A stretch of 64,000 nucleotides of DNA from contig CALWON010000005.1 in the NCBI GenBank assembly GCA_944383165.1, forward strand, positions 47-64,046, given 5' to 3'. Numbering within the stretch: position 1 is the stretch's first letter; each line of letters starts with the position of its first letter. The notes under the pieces are model-generated. The model was given only the letters and a program-made list of their open reading frames with translations. It did no database searches and was not told the origin of the DNA. This document shows positions 19,431-30,613 of the stretch, in pieces. This DNA is from an uncultured Oscillospiraceae bacterium. GTDB taxonomy: Bacteria; Bacillota; Clostridia; Oscillospirales; Oscillospiraceae. The position numbers were made by a program, and so were the translations under genes.

Positions 19431-20639
19431 TTAATCCTCATCCCCCGCTTTAAAGTTATAAATGGGTCGGATGATTTTCACCACTTCTGCCGTTGGTCCA
19501 ATGTTGTTTAAAATACTTTCCATGTCTTTGTATGCCATTGGGCATTCATCTAAGGTTGCCTTACTCACCGAAGTGGTATAAATATCTGCCATTTGTTTTT
19601 TGAACTCAGAGACGGTAAAGGATTGTTTTGCATCTGCCCGGCTCATCAGCCTCCCTGCACCGTGTGGTGCAGAGCAGTTCCAATCCTCATTTCCTTTCCC
19701 TACACACAAAAGACTTCCATCTCTCATATTGATTGGAATGAGCAGTTTTTCCCCAGCTTGGGCAGAAACTGCCCCTTTTCTCAAAATCATCTGGTCTGTA
19801 TCAATATAGTTGTGAATTGTGGTGAACTGCTCCTCTACATGGAGCTTCATCCCCTTTACAATTTCATCCATCATTGCCTGCCGGTTGAGCATAGCAAATT
19901 CTTGAACAATTTTCATATCATGAATGTATCGGTCAAACCATGCACCTGATACATAGGCAAGTGCTTTTGGAATGTTGGTCTGCTTTAGGTTCTTTAACTT
20001 TTTCAGCTCTTTTTGAATCTCTTTGTCCCGTCCCTCTGCCTTCATCTGTGCAATCAACACCTGAATAGAGGCGTCATCTGTACCATTCAGGACTTTGTAG
20101 CCCATTTCTTGATAATAATTTGCCACTTCTACACCCAAATGACGGCTGCCGGAGTGGACCACAATATAGAGGTTTCCATCCTCGTCTCTGTCTACCTCAA
20201 TAAAATGATTGCCTCCACCTAATGTACCAATACTTTTCTCTGCCCGCAGCAGGTCTACCTGTTTGGCACAACACAGCTCTGAAAGTGGTACCTCTCGATG
20301 GTACTTGTGTGCCTTGGAGCGGATGGAAAACCCAGATGGGATTTTCTCATAAATCAGCTTATCCAGCTTTTGTAGCTCCAGATGGGATTCCCGAATACGG
20401 ATGGTTTCCATCCCACATCCAATATCAACTCCCACCAGATTGGGTACTACTTTGTCTGTAATGGTCATGGTTGTTCCAACGGTGCAGCCAGCACCAGCAT
20501 GAATATCCGGCATCAACCGAATGCGACTGCCTGTTGTAAATTCTTGATTGCACAGTTCCTGTACCTGTGCAATTGAGGCACTATCCACAATATCCGTAAA
20601 AATTTTTGCCTCATTATATTTTCCTTTAATTTCAATCAT
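19431..20639 (-). CDS. rtcB: RtcB-family RNA 2',3'-cyclic phosphate/5'-OH ligase
   Basis: MPDIHAGAG, VGVDIGCGM, GTLGGGNHFIE, HSGSR, HNYID, LRKGA, SAPHGAGR, DECPMAYK. Confidence 0.96.
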   Translation of the reverse strand: MIEIKGKYNEAKIFTDIVDSASIAQVQELCNQEFTTGSRIRLMPDIHAGAGCTVGTTMTITDKVVPNLVGVDIGCGMETIRIRESHLELQKLDKLIYEKIPSGFSIRSKAHKYHREVPLSELCCAKQVDLLRAEKSIGTLGGGNHFIEVDRDEDGNLYIVVHSGSRHLGVEVANYYQEMGYKVLNGTDDASIQVLIAQMKAEGRDKEIQKELKKLKNLKQTNIPKALAYVSGAWFDRYIHDMKIVQEFAMLNRQAMMDEIVKGMKLHVEEQFTTIHNYIDTDQMILRKGAVSAQAGEKLLIPINMRDGSLLCVGKGNEDWNCSAPHGAGRLMSRADAKQSFTVSEFKKQMADIYTTSVSKATLDECPMAYKDMESILNNIGPTAEVVKIIRPIYNFKAGDED

Positions 20640-20709
20640 AGCTTCCTTCCAATCTGATACAATTCATAGTTGATGGACAACAGAATGTGGAACAATTCAA
20701 AGTGTCATT

Positions 20710-22141
<1,432 letters not shown>

Positions 22142-22156
22142 ATCAACATCCTTCCC

Positions 22157-22888
22157 TCAATCCGTCGATTCGTCATAGCACTCTTCAATATCAAGAAAAA
22201 GAATATACACACCACACACTGCTCCATTTTGGTCATATCCAAAGTAACAGGGATATACCCCATCACCCCAACCAGAGGAAAACATGGGAAGGTTGCAATC
22301 GGTACCTGGAATGGTCCAATTCAGCCAATTTCCCCATTCCAACTGATATTTTGGATGTTCTTTTGCATTTTGCTCCAACAACTGACAAAACAGTCCCCCA
22401 TATAAATCAAATTCATGCTCTTTCTGAAGCTGCTGTTGTAAATAGGTCAAAACTGCTTGTTTTGTTTGCACATCCGCAATACACCCCATACCAGCATCCA
22501 CACCAAACCCAAAAAATTCATCTTCTCCGAGCGGTGTCTCTAAATCTTCATTTCCCAGCACACCCAACTCATAGTGGATGGGTTTATGGTTGTTGATTTC
22601 CACTTTGACACAGGCATAGCGGTCTCCATATTGCTCACTGGGCACCACACAAATTTTGATCGGATATGTGCCCACAGGGACTGTCTGTAGGTATGGTTGT
22701 GCCTCACAGAGCTCCACCATTGGGTCACATGCAAACAGAACCCCAGTTGGAACATGTAGCATCCCAATATCCAATACATCTACGTTCATTTTTCCAATTT
22801 TCTGCTCAGTAAAATAAGCATCTAAGTCTATTTTGCATTCCAACTGCTTTTTTATTTGTGTATAGTGCTCCATCCATTCCTTTGTCAT
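22157..22888 (-). CDS. DUF4241-family acidic protein
   Basis: LFACDP, FGVDAGMGCIAD, FSSGWGDGVYPCYFGYD motifs (recalled as DUF4241). Confidence 0.75.
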   Translation of the reverse strand: MTKEWMEHYTQIKKQLECKIDLDAYFTEQKIGKMNVDVLDIGMLHVPTGVLFACDPMVELCEAQPYLQTVPVGTYPIKICVVPSEQYGDRYACVKVEINNHKPIHYELGVLGNEDLETPLGEDEFFGFGVDAGMGCIADVQTKQAVLTYLQQQLQKEHEFDLYGGLFCQLLEQNAKEHPKYQLEWGNWLNWTIPGTDCNLPMFSSGWGDGVYPCYFGYDQNGAVCGVYILFLDIEECYDESTD

Positions 22889-23005
22889 TGTGCTGCCCTC
22901 CTATTTCTAGTTCATTTTGTCTGGTCTCTCTATCAACATGACCTTTTTGTATTGTATCATAATCCACTCTGCTTTGAAACCATTTTATACAACTAGACAA
23001 ACTTT

Positions 23006-26000
23006 TTATGGAAAAGTATCCTCTTTGGGCTCCAAAAGCCATCTTCTATGTTCTTCAAATCCTAACTCTGGAAGAAAACTGGAGCTGGGCACCAGAGTCA
23101 CAAAATGATTGTGTAAAAGAGATTTTATATGAGGTAAGCCAAGGAGAAACACATCAAGAAAATCTCGGATTGATACAAAGTCACGATGGATGAGATAGTT
23201 AGGGTACACATGATCCCAAAATACTTCTTCTTGATTTTCCTGCTCCCTATTTCTATATTCACTCTGATTCCAAACCAGATACTCAATGCTTTGCATCCGG
23301 TCCTGAATCAAAACTGCCAAATCTCTGCTTGCTGTATACTCTCGCCTATGGAGCAAAACAATATGGACTGGTCCTACCTCCTCCAACTCCCATGACATGG
23401 AGAGATGCTCCAGCCCATCCAGTTCAAACCGGACTAGCTGGTCAGTCAAAGTAAGTCGTGTGACCCCATTGACTTCTTGTGTTATAGTTGTTTGTCCCGG
23501 TTCCCGATAGGAAAAATGGTGGGGCAGTTGAGACAATACATACCGATGGCGCAACAGAGGGCAGCCTACCTCCTCCAACGAAAACCCACCCAAAGCACGC
23601 TTGAAAAAATAATAGTGGTATTCTCCATTGTGGAGATAGACCTTTTCTGTCCATTTTGCATTTCCATTGTGAGCACCACTTAAAATTGCAATCAATGTCT
23701 CAATGGCTTTTTCAGGGGTATCATGCACAATATAATCCGGCAAAAAACCCATACGGAACGGGATTTGCTGAATCTCATCTGCCTGAGTGTAATAATAACG
23801 GTTTTCATTGGATAACAGCCCACCCCATCTCTTATTTAAATCCTGAAATCGCAGCAATGCACATGTTCCCACCTGAACAGAATTTGTCATAAAGCTACGC
23901 TGATTCCAAAGCAGAACTAGATTATGGTTCACCACCAAACGAGTCACTCGTTTCCTCTCAAAGTCCTGCAAGAGTTGTTCCAATAAGGCAGAAGTGATGG
24001 TATCTTGTCCAAAGTCCTGATTTGACAAATTAGGATATTCCACATAAATGTGTCTGCACAGCTCTATTTTCATCCCAGACAGGCAATCAATGGAATCATT
24101 TTGTTTTCTAAATAGTTTATCCAAAATTTCTTCAGCTGTGTGCGATGCCTGTTCTAATGTAGTCACATATTCTTGACAAAATCTCTCCAACAAAACAGAA
24201 TCCTTCTCTGTTTTTTGGAATACACACAGCCGTTCATTGCTATACCTGTACCATGCACAATAGCACAACATCCCCTTGGATTCACGGCAAAAGTACATAG
24301 GACGCAGAAAGATGTTGTCATTTTTTGTTTCAATACAACATGCGACTTCTCTTGCCAGAGAAACTGCAAGTGGTGCGCACAAATGGCTTGATAATCCCAA
24401 TCTGGTCAGGCGTTCCTCCAGATGGGCTGCCACCTTTTTACACTCCTCCTGATTGGCATGCAGAATGGGAAGCAAAAGGAGAACAAGTTCATCATCCTCT
24501 ATCTGGGAAATATCCCAGAATGGCAGAGATGGTCCCCATTGCACTTGCTGGTTGATGTGATACTCCACATAAAACTGATGGAAATAAAGCTGGATTTCCA
24601 ATACCTTTTCTGTACATTGTCCATATTCATTGATGCCATGTTGAGCGATGGAAATAGAGCGTGACAGACCCGCCTGGGCAAGTCTCCGATTCCATACAGG
24701 ATTAGAGGCAAAGTTTTCTTCCAGAAAGGTGTATAGGTCATTTGAATCCATTTCATCAAGCCAATAAAATGCTGTCTTGAGAAAATAACGCAAAAAAAGT
24801 GGATGGGAAAGGGTACAACAGTCCTGATGGATTGTCTGTAAAGCCAGCTTGGACAACATCTCCCGCTCCTGCTTTGCCCTCTCCACCTCCGCCCGCTTCG
24901 ATAAAGTCAACTGGATAACTTCCAATACATCGCTTGCATAAGGCAAAGATGGATTCTTTTGATAAATAACCAACAATCTATGTAGAAAATATGGGTTTGG
25001 AAAATAACTACACCAATAACGCAGAATTTCTTCCCGAACGAAAAGGGGACTACGGATGGCACGGAAAAAATCTTCTCGTGTCATAAACTCATCAATCAAT
25101 GCATATCCCTGTGGGGAATCTTCTCCACCTGCTGCCTGTACATGAGACCCTAAATTGTGATAGGCAGCACGCAGTTCCACAAAACGCTCCCTTCCAGAAC
25201 ACACCTCTGGTGCTTTCCTTATCACAATCTCCCGCAGATACCCGTAAAAAACTTTATTCCGCCCCATAATTGCAGTATTGAGGTCAAAGGTATCCCATAA
25301 AATCTTATAGACATCCTCAGGCATTGTCCTATTGGAAAAAAAGGTTTCCAGAAGCCTTAGAGAGATGATATTGCGCTCATGTTGAGAATGACCAGGGCAC
25401 CTCTCATATAAGTAGGCACTGCTATAACAACCCAAAATCTCTCTCAGCAACTTCAATGCTGCCAGATCCCACACACCTTTTTGAGCAAGATTACATAAAT
25501 CTTTATAATCCTGATAGGCAATCGACATAACCGCATCATTGCTCTGTAATTTTTTCACCAATGGACCCATAGCAGCAATTTGTAAAATATGTTCTATTCC
25601 TTCAAAACCAGCTCCCCTTTCCAAAACGAATTCTGTATGATCTTGATTGGTCCCTGCTCGAAACTGATAAGCCACTGCCAGAGCAGTCTGGAATTCTTTA
25701 GTAGGAAGGAACTCCTTCTTCCGTTCCTCCACTGTAGTTTTCAGGAGTTGTGTAAAGCGTGGGTTTTGATAAACCGCTAAAAACTGAGGGGAAGTAAACC
25801 AGAGATCCCACTGTTTGCGGTCTCTGCGTTGCCTGGAACAATATAGCTTCAAAAATTCATCTATGGCTGGAACCACAATGGACTCCTCTAGTTCACTTTC
25901 TTCTGGAAAGGTAAAGCCACCCATATCAGGGCTTCCCTTGGATTGTGTTTCTTCTTTTGGCTGTTTAGGCTGTGTAACAGCCTGCTTTGGTGTGTCAAGT

Positions 26001-26173
26001 GGTTGATTCTGCTCTTGCGCATAGCGCATCGCCTGCTCATATGCATTGCGTACTACCAAAAATTTCTCTGGGTGTTCTTCTGGATTGTACTTAGCCGCTG
26101 CTGTTGCATAGGCACGACGAATTACACGCAAATCTTTGGTTGGCGTTAAACCCAATATCTCCCATATACTCAT
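23006..26173 (-). CDS. 1055-aa protein with an N-terminal J-domain-like module (DjlC-type co-chaperone) and a large unknown body
   Basis: WEILGLTPTKDLRVIRRAYATAAAKYNPEEHPEKFLVVRNAYEQA is a J-fold with HPD replaced by NPE. ATGA overlap with the Hsp70 gene. Confidence 0.75.
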   Translation of the reverse strand: MSIWEILGLTPTKDLRVIRRAYATAAAKYNPEEHPEKFLVVRNAYEQAMRYAQEQNQPLDTPKQAVTQPKQPKEETQSKGSPDMGGFTFPEESELEESIVVPAIDEFLKLYCSRQRRDRKQWDLWFTSPQFLAVYQNPRFTQLLKTTVEERKKEFLPTKEFQTALAVAYQFRAGTNQDHTEFVLERGAGFEGIEHILQIAAMGPLVKKLQSNDAVMSIAYQDYKDLCNLAQKGVWDLAALKLLREILGCYSSAYLYERCPGHSQHERNIISLRLLETFFSNRTMPEDVYKILWDTFDLNTAIMGRNKVFYGYLREIVIRKAPEVCSGRERFVELRAAYHNLGSHVQAAGGEDSPQGYALIDEFMTREDFFRAIRSPLFVREEILRYWCSYFPNPYFLHRLLVIYQKNPSLPYASDVLEVIQLTLSKRAEVERAKQEREMLSKLALQTIHQDCCTLSHPLFLRYFLKTAFYWLDEMDSNDLYTFLEENFASNPVWNRRLAQAGLSRSISIAQHGINEYGQCTEKVLEIQLYFHQFYVEYHINQQVQWGPSLPFWDISQIEDDELVLLLLPILHANQEECKKVAAHLEERLTRLGLSSHLCAPLAVSLAREVACCIETKNDNIFLRPMYFCRESKGMLCYCAWYRYSNERLCVFQKTEKDSVLLERFCQEYVTTLEQASHTAEEILDKLFRKQNDSIDCLSGMKIELCRHIYVEYPNLSNQDFGQDTITSALLEQLLQDFERKRVTRLVVNHNLVLLWNQRSFMTNSVQVGTCALLRFQDLNKRWGGLLSNENRYYYTQADEIQQIPFRMGFLPDYIVHDTPEKAIETLIAILSGAHNGNAKWTEKVYLHNGEYHYYFFKRALGGFSLEEVGCPLLRHRYVLSQLPHHFSYREPGQTTITQEVNGVTRLTLTDQLVRFELDGLEHLSMSWELEEVGPVHIVLLHRREYTASRDLAVLIQDRMQSIEYLVWNQSEYRNREQENQEEVFWDHVYPNYLIHRDFVSIRDFLDVFLLGLPHIKSLLHNHFVTLVPSSSFLPELGFEEHRRWLLEPKEDTFP

Positions 26174-27900
26174 AGTAGATCCTCCTCATCATTATCATCA
26201 ACCCAGATATCCCGCTGTACCCAGTATTCCAGTTCTTCCAGATGCTGACGTAATTGCTCACGTTCCCGAGCCATACGGATTTGGCTGTCAGATTGTAGCA
26301 TCTGTCTCAAGCGTTGGATGATGTGGGCTGCCTCCATCCGCCGGTCACCAGACAACTCAGCAAACAGCCGCTCTGCTCTGGAGAGAAGCAAGAGATTCTC
26401 CTCCTGTGGCATGGAGCGGTTGGGAAGTGTATTCAACCGTGCTAAAGCCTCAGCAATCTCCTCTTCCGACCAGTTGAGCTGGGGGTTAAGGATGATGGTA
26501 TGTTGCCGGTCTCCTCCACTGCCCTGTGCTGTTACCTCCAAAATACCATTGATGTCGTAGGCAAATGTAACTTCTACCCATTGCTTCCCCGCTTTATCTG
26601 GTGGAACTGTTACCGATAACTTTCCTAAACGAAGATTGTCAACAGCATAGTAGTTTTCACCTTGATAGATGATTACATCAACACACCGTTGACCATCGGA
26701 GAGTGTAAAAAAGCGTTCTGTGTGACGGGCAGGGAGAATACTGCTTCTTTGTATCAGGATAGCCATATGTGGGTTGTTGTCCCGTATATCATTACAAACA
26801 GAGGTACCTAAAGAAAATGGGCATACATCTGTCATCACAATATCCCGAAGATTTCCATCCCGCTGCTTAATACCAGCACACACTCCAACCCCAAATGCCA
26901 CAGTTTGGTCTGGTCTCTCCATGAAAGTGGGACGTTTTGAAAACAACCCTTCCAGATAATCCACAAAAATTTCCAGCTTAGATGAGCCACCTACTAACAC
27001 CACATCATCTATCTCTGAAATTGGGATGCCACTGTCTCGAAACGCCTGGGCAATAACCTCCTTGACCTGCTGGAAGATAGGGCGACAAATCTTAGCTAAA
27101 ATTTCCCGATTGAGTGAAACGCTTTGGGTCTCCTGACCGATTTGAAACGCAAGGATACATCCTTTTTCAGATTTAGACAGCCCTATTTTCCCTTTCTCTG
27201 CTAGGGCAAGAAGCTGTCTTTTCTGTTTCATATCCAGGGAATTCCACGTCAGGTTGGTCTTTTCACAAAAATAATCAGCAATCGCTTGGTCAATATTGTC
27301 CCCACCCAGCCGATTGTTTCCTGAAATCGCCACAATCTCCACCATATTTTCAAAACAATCTACCACACTCACATCCAGGGTTCCACCACCAAAATCAATG
27401 ATTAACAGCCGTTGTTCCTCTCCCATGGTAGCACATCTGTGATACAGAGCCGCAGCAGATGGTTCATTGATTAGCCGTTTCACTGGAAGCCCTGCCAGTT
27501 GGGCTGCCAGCCGTATTGCACAACGCTGATGATCATTGAAATAGGCAGGAACGCTGATGATGGCTTCTTCAATCTCCTCCCCTAGAGCCTCTCTGGCATT
27601 TTGATACAACTTCTTAAGAACCAAAGCAGATAACTCATGTGGCAAGAATGTCTTGTCTCCCAACAGAAATTTCTTCTCTGTCCCCATCCAAGTCTTGAAG
27701 GAACTGATTGTCTCTGAGGGATGGGTAATCAGCCGTTCCTTTGCAATGGCACCCACGGTGATGGTCCCATCTTCTAATATGCCAACACAGCTCGGTGTCA
27801 AAAACTCCCCCCACTCATTGGGGAGCAGTTCAACCTGCCCGTTTCGAAACATACTGACCAGAGAATTTGTCGTACCTAAATCAATTCCAATAATCGCCAT
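26170..27900 (-). CDS. hscC: Specialised Hsp70 chaperone, HscC-like
   Basis: GIDLGTTNS, SVPAYFND, NEPSAAA, DFGGGTLDVS, VLVGGSS, YDINGILEV. Short HscC-type C-terminus (EENLLLLSRAERLFAEL); 576 aa. Confidence 0.85.
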   Translation of the reverse strand: MAIIGIDLGTTNSLVSMFRNGQVELLPNEWGEFLTPSCVGILEDGTITVGAIAKERLITHPSETISSFKTWMGTEKKFLLGDKTFLPHELSALVLKKLYQNAREALGEEIEEAIISVPAYFNDHQRCAIRLAAQLAGLPVKRLINEPSAAALYHRCATMGEEQRLLIIDFGGGTLDVSVVDCFENMVEIVAISGNNRLGGDNIDQAIADYFCEKTNLTWNSLDMKQKRQLLALAEKGKIGLSKSEKGCILAFQIGQETQSVSLNREILAKICRPIFQQVKEVIAQAFRDSGIPISEIDDVVLVGGSSKLEIFVDYLEGLFSKRPTFMERPDQTVAFGVGVCAGIKQRDGNLRDIVMTDVCPFSLGTSVCNDIRDNNPHMAILIQRSSILPARHTERFFTLSDGQRCVDVIIYQGENYYAVDNLRLGKLSVTVPPDKAGKQWVEVTFAYDINGILEVTAQGSGGDRQHTIILNPQLNWSEEEIAEALARLNTLPNRSMPQEENLLLLSRAERLFAELSGDRRMEAAHIIQRLRQMLQSDSQIRMAREREQLRQHLEELEYWVQRDIWVDDNDEEDLL

Positions 27901-27939
27901 ATATGTACTCGCTCCTTACTGATACCACCTTTTCTTTCC

Positions 27940-27968
27940 ATTCTACATCTGCTTATTTTATGTGTCAA
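27940..27968 (-). promoter_or_regulatory. Near-consensus sigma-A promoter of the hscC cluster
   Basis: TTGACA-17 bp-TAGAAT, about 30 nt upstream of the AAGGAG RBS. Confidence 0.8.
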
Positions 27969-27996
27969 TTTATATCATCGTTTTGTTCTACACATA

Positions 27997-28073
27997 AAAT
28001 GCCCCCATAATGCAGTCTCGAATGTATGTGTTTTCGAGTTTCTGCTTTATGGGAGCATATTTAAATATTCTGT
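27997..28073 (-). terminator. Long imperfect hairpin after the CMD-cupin gene
   Basis: atgcccccata..gcag..ctcga / tcgag..ctgc..tatggg.agcat. Confidence 0.5.
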
Positions 28074-28097
28074 TTTTGTGTCTTTGCTCTAAATTTT

Positions 28098-28850
28098 TCA
28101 ATCTAAATGGTCATACTCTATTTCACTCACTGCTTCCAACCACTCATTGGAGCAATCCTCCCCTGGTACTTCCACAGCAAGATGAGAAAACCAACGATCT
28201 GGCGTAGCACCATGCCAGTGTTTGACCCCTGTGGGGATGTTTACCACATCCCCTGGATACAGTTTTTTGGCTTTCTCTCCCCATTCCTGATAGTAGCCGC
28301 AGCCAGCTACACAGACAAGAATTTGCCCACCACCTTTTTTGGCGTGGTGAATGTGCCAGTGATTGCGACAACTGGGTTCAAATGTCACATTGAAAATCCC
28401 CACTTGGTCTGTGGAAATGGGTGCCAAATAGCTTTGCCCAGTGAAATATTGAGCAAATCCATCATTGGGTTGCCCAATTGGGAAAACCATGCTATTTTCA
28501 TGGACAGCTTTTTCATCTTTTGTACCTTCTTGCTGATAGACTTCTTTTGCTATACGAAACGCTGCCCACGCTTTAGACCAACCAACATAAAACGCTGCAT
28601 GGGTCAAGACCTCTGCCATTTCTGTTTTGGTCACGCCGTTTTTCTTTGCATTGACGAGGTGATACTGAAAAGAGGAGTCCACCAATCCCTGTGACATGAG
28701 TGCCACCACTGTGACCAATGAGCGATCACGCAAAGACAGCAGATGTTCTCTGCTCCACACTTCCCCAAACAGTACATCATCATTTAACTGGGCGAATTTG
28801 GGGGCAAACTCCCCCAACGCCTCCCTGCCAGCCGTCTGTTTGATTGCCAT
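28098..28850 (-). CDS. Carboxymuconolactone decarboxylase-family / cupin fusion protein
   Basis: KFAQLNDDVLFGEVWSR..LSLRDRSLVTV, EVLTHAAFYVGW, then cupin FEPSCRNHWHIH and GVKHWHGA. Confidence 0.88.
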   Translation of the reverse strand: MAIKQTAGREALGEFAPKFAQLNDDVLFGEVWSREHLLSLRDRSLVTVVALMSQGLVDSSFQYHLVNAKKNGVTKTEMAEVLTHAAFYVGWSKAWAAFRIAKEVYQQEGTKDEKAVHENSMVFPIGQPNDGFAQYFTGQSYLAPISTDQVGIFNVTFEPSCRNHWHIHHAKKGGGQILVCVAGCGYYQEWGEKAKKLYPGDVVNIPTGVKHWHGATPDRWFSHLAVEVPGEDCSNEWLEAVSEIEYDHLD

Positions 28851-28886
28851 AGTTCATCCCTCCTGAGATTCCTTCTCGTTGTTCCC

Positions 28887-29876
28887 TCAATCTACCCCTG
28901 CATGAAGATATTTTTGAAAGAACTGTTCCATCTTATCAAATGGAATCACATCCATTTGGTCATATAGGTCTGTATGCACTGCATTGGGGATGAGCATCAA
29001 CTCCTTGTTGTCCCCTGTCAGCTTTTTAAACGCGTCCTGACTGAAATAACAGGAGTGAGCTTTCTCTCCATGCACCAGCAAAACTGCACTGCGAATTTCA
29101 TGGCTATACTGTAAAATTGGCATATTCAAGAAAGATAGAGAAGAAGTCACATTCCAGCCGTCATTTGAATTGAGGGAACGGACGTGATACCCTCTCCCTG
29201 TCTTATAGTAGTCATAATAATCCTTCACAAAAAATGGGGCATCTTCTGGCAATGGGTCAACCACACCACCTGCTCTGGCATAGCTTCCCGTTTTGTAATC
29301 TACCGTTCTCTGTGCATTGAGACTTTTCCTCTTTTCATAGCGGGCTTCTTCACTATCCTCGCTGTCAAAATATCCTTTTGCATTGACACGGGTCATATCG
29401 TACATGGTGGAAGCTACCGTTGCTTTGATTCTGGTATCAATGGCAGCGGCATTGAGTGCCATTCCACCCCAGCCACAAATTCCAATGATTCCTATTTTTT
29501 CTGGGTCAACCCGTTCATGTACAGACAGAAAATCCACTGCTGCCTGAAAGTCTTCTGTATTGATATCAGGGGATGCAACATAGCGGGGGCTACCACCGCT
29601 CTCCCCTGTGAAAGAAGGATCAAACGCCAAAGTCAAAAATCCCCGCTCCGCCATCGTTTGGGCATATAGCCCAGAACACTGCTCTTTCACTGCACCAAAG
29701 GGACCACAGACTGCAATAACAGGGAGTTTTCCTTTTTTCTCTTTTGGGGTATACAGGTCAGCCGCTAATGTAATGCCATAGCGATTGGGAAAAGTCACTT
29801 TGCAATGGTCCACTTTTTCACTTTTAGGGAAGGTTTTATCCCATTCTTGTGTCAATTTTAATTTTTCCTTCATCAT
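28887..29876 (-). CDS. Alpha/beta hydrolase (YcjY-like)
   Basis: GPFGAVKEQ, AFDPSFTGESGG, nucleophile elbow GICGWGG, HTDLYD. Confidence 0.88.
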   Translation of the reverse strand: MMKEKLKLTQEWDKTFPKSEKVDHCKVTFPNRYGITLAADLYTPKEKKGKLPVIAVCGPFGAVKEQCSGLYAQTMAERGFLTLAFDPSFTGESGGSPRYVASPDINTEDFQAAVDFLSVHERVDPEKIGIIGICGWGGMALNAAAIDTRIKATVASTMYDMTRVNAKGYFDSEDSEEARYEKRKSLNAQRTVDYKTGSYARAGGVVDPLPEDAPFFVKDYYDYYKTGRGYHVRSLNSNDGWNVTSSLSFLNMPILQYSHEIRSAVLLVHGEKAHSCYFSQDAFKKLTGDNKELMLIPNAVHTDLYDQMDVIPFDKMEQFFQKYLHAGVD

Positions 29877-29900
29877 ATGATCACGACCCTTTCTATCATT

Positions 29901-30476
29901 TCATCTTTCTATTTCAATTTCCCGTATTTTTACGGCTGGAACCCCGCCAACTACCGTATTTTTTGGCACATCCTTTGTGACCACTGCACCTGCTGCCACC
30001 ACTGCACCATCCCCAATGGTAACACCTGGCAAAATAGTGGCATTTGACCCAATCCATACATGTTCCCCAATATGAATGGGTTTTGGAATCATGGTGCTGC
30101 GCTCACTTGGCTGCATGGCATGGTTGAGGGTTGCCAAAACCACGTTATGCCCAATCAAGGTACCATTTCCAATGAAAATACCGCCTTGGTCCTGAAATTT
30201 ACACCCCATATTGATAAACACATGGGTTCCAATGTGGATATTTTTCCCACAATCTGTATAAAATGGTGGAAACAGTGCAAACGTTTCATCCACTGGCTTT
30301 CCAATCAATTTGGAAAACAATGCACGCAGCTCCTCTGGTTCATGGTACTGGCTGTTGATTTCTGCTGTGAGTTTCAAAGCCTCCTGACTGACTTTGTGCA
30401 TACATAAGTGGGCTTCACTGCCCCCCTCTACTGGTCTTCCACTGTTCAGATGGTCTAAAAATTCTTGCAGTTCCAT
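29901..30476 (-). CDS. Hexapeptide-repeat O-acetyltransferase (maltose/galactoside acetyltransferase family)
   Basis: PPFYTDCGKNI, IGEHVWIGSNATILPGVTIGDGAVVAAGAVVTKDV, VGGVPA. Confidence 0.9.
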   Translation of the reverse strand: MELQEFLDHLNSGRPVEGGSEAHLCMHKVSQEALKLTAEINSQYHEPEELRALFSKLIGKPVDETFALFPPFYTDCGKNIHIGTHVFINMGCKFQDQGGIFIGNGTLIGHNVVLATLNHAMQPSERSTMIPKPIHIGEHVWIGSNATILPGVTIGDGAVVAAGAVVTKDVPKNTVVGGVPAVKIREIEIER

Positions 30477-30506
30477 GGTTGTCTCCTAACGTTTTTTCTT
30501 GTTTTT

Positions 30507-30581
30507 ATTGTAGCACCTTCTATCTTCAATCACAAATACCTATAAAAAATAACAATCTATGCTTGTAAAGCATAGATTGTT
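30507..30581. promoter_or_regulatory. Divergent LysR control region: sigma-A promoter (minus strand) plus a perfect dyad operator
   Basis: TTGTGA-17-TACAAT on the minus strand (30535-30507). Inverted repeat aacaatctatgct-tgtaa-agcatagattgtt at 30551-30581. Confidence 0.65.
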
Positions 30582-30613
30582 TTTATATACTTAGAAAAAG
30601 GAGGCGTTTTAAT

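Noticed and set aside
27900-28000. Heat-shock (HrcA/CIRCE) control of the Hsp70 gene
   Set aside because: No TTAGCACTC-n9-GAGTGCTAA present; no grpE or canonical dnaJ nearby, so this is not the dnaK operon.
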